64,000 nucleotides of DNA from Phoronis australis (lineage: Eukaryota > Animalia > Phoronida), in NCBI GenBank assembly GCA_002633005.1, contig NMRA01000123.1:402364-466363 (forward strand). Reading direction: 5' to 3'. The position numbers and the translations under genes were made by a program. Positions 63,260 through 64,000 of the stretch are shown one piece after another (position 1 is the stretch's first letter; each line of letters begins with the position of its first letter). The notes below the pieces were generated by a model. That model ran no database searches. It worked only from the letters and a program-made list of their open reading frames with translations, and was not told the DNA's origin.

Positions 63260-64000
63260 GTTATGTTACTTACACATACTGTCTCAGTTCAATCCTCATC
63301 GCTGTCTTCAACTTCCTTATGGACTTGGTTTAGCAGACTGCTACATTCTCTCGCTCGGAGCAATCCACATGCAGATGTACATCCAAGCCCATTGTTTCTG
63401 CAACTGCAAGTGCCGTGCTTCATTCTCTGGTGCCGTTGTACTGTACCATCTTCAGGAGAGTGTCTGGTGCAGCATTCATGGCAGTCAGATGGGTACGAAT
63501 CAATTGTCTTCACGCCTCCGACCCCAGTCTAGAGGATCGAGGTCATTTGCCATCCCCATCCAAACCATGACCTGGTAAACCTGGTGGATTCTTCCGTTGG
63601 TGGAAAACATTCGGGAATAAAGACAGACTTAACAGCAGCAACTCTCTTGGTGAACATAATGTAATGCATGGCTGCCAGAGAAATGGTACTTGCCCCATCA
63701 AATATGACCTTTGCTTGGCTGCCAAGCTTCTCTATCTCAGCGCCGCTCACACCTGTCGCGGTGAATGTGTTTGTGTACGACTGGATGACTTGGTCATCTT
63801 TCACGAGCTTCTTGTTCTAAATTCCTTCCGACGCCATACATACAAGACGTTGAATGGCATCCTGTGGAAAAGTGCAGAAATTGTAGCTGGGTACATAACT
63901 TGATTCTGAACACACTGTACATTCAGTCTATGCCACATACTTTCATCATGCTTCTCGAATGGTTGTCTGATCTGAAAATTAGTGGTTTCCTGTCAGCCAT
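63260..64000 (-). mobile_element. AcademX-type transposase 3' remnant (different family, runs off window)
   Basis: FLHFSTGCHSTSCMYGVG (H3TH-like), PPTEESTRF, and Cys-rich CSCRNNGLGCTSACG terminus with frameshifts. Confidence 0.7.

Overview
AT-rich eukaryotic (animal, probably marine invertebrate/lophotrochozoan; inference) genomic DNA with GT-AG introns, not a prokaryotic locus; most short ORFs in the track are noise. Main gene (minus strand, 5' end not found): four phase-1/1 PAN/Apple-like exons (58.7-61.8 kb) that are splice-compatible with a 4.5-kb terminal exon (47206-51713). That exon encodes one TM helix, about 20 helical ~65-aa repeats and a C-terminal domain resembling the dynein heavy-chain microtubule-binding domain (MTBD), i.e. 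a candidate motor-less membrane-to-microtubule tether/receptor. Other coding pieces: two EB/EGF-like exons (4.2, 8.2 kb), an intronless secreted vWA(+SRCR-like) ORF (26.2-27.2 kb) and a frameshifted discoidin (FA58C) exon (36.3-36.7 kb). The 11-24 kb region is a nested transposon stack: a Copia (GalEa-like) retrotransposon split by a P-like THAP element and an AcademX element, the latter carrying a Kolobok derivative and a MITE. Also present: further MITEs, LINE relics, a 39-bp minisatellite, a hammerhead-like motif, strongly enriched TACATGTA footprints and a gap-associated false duplication.
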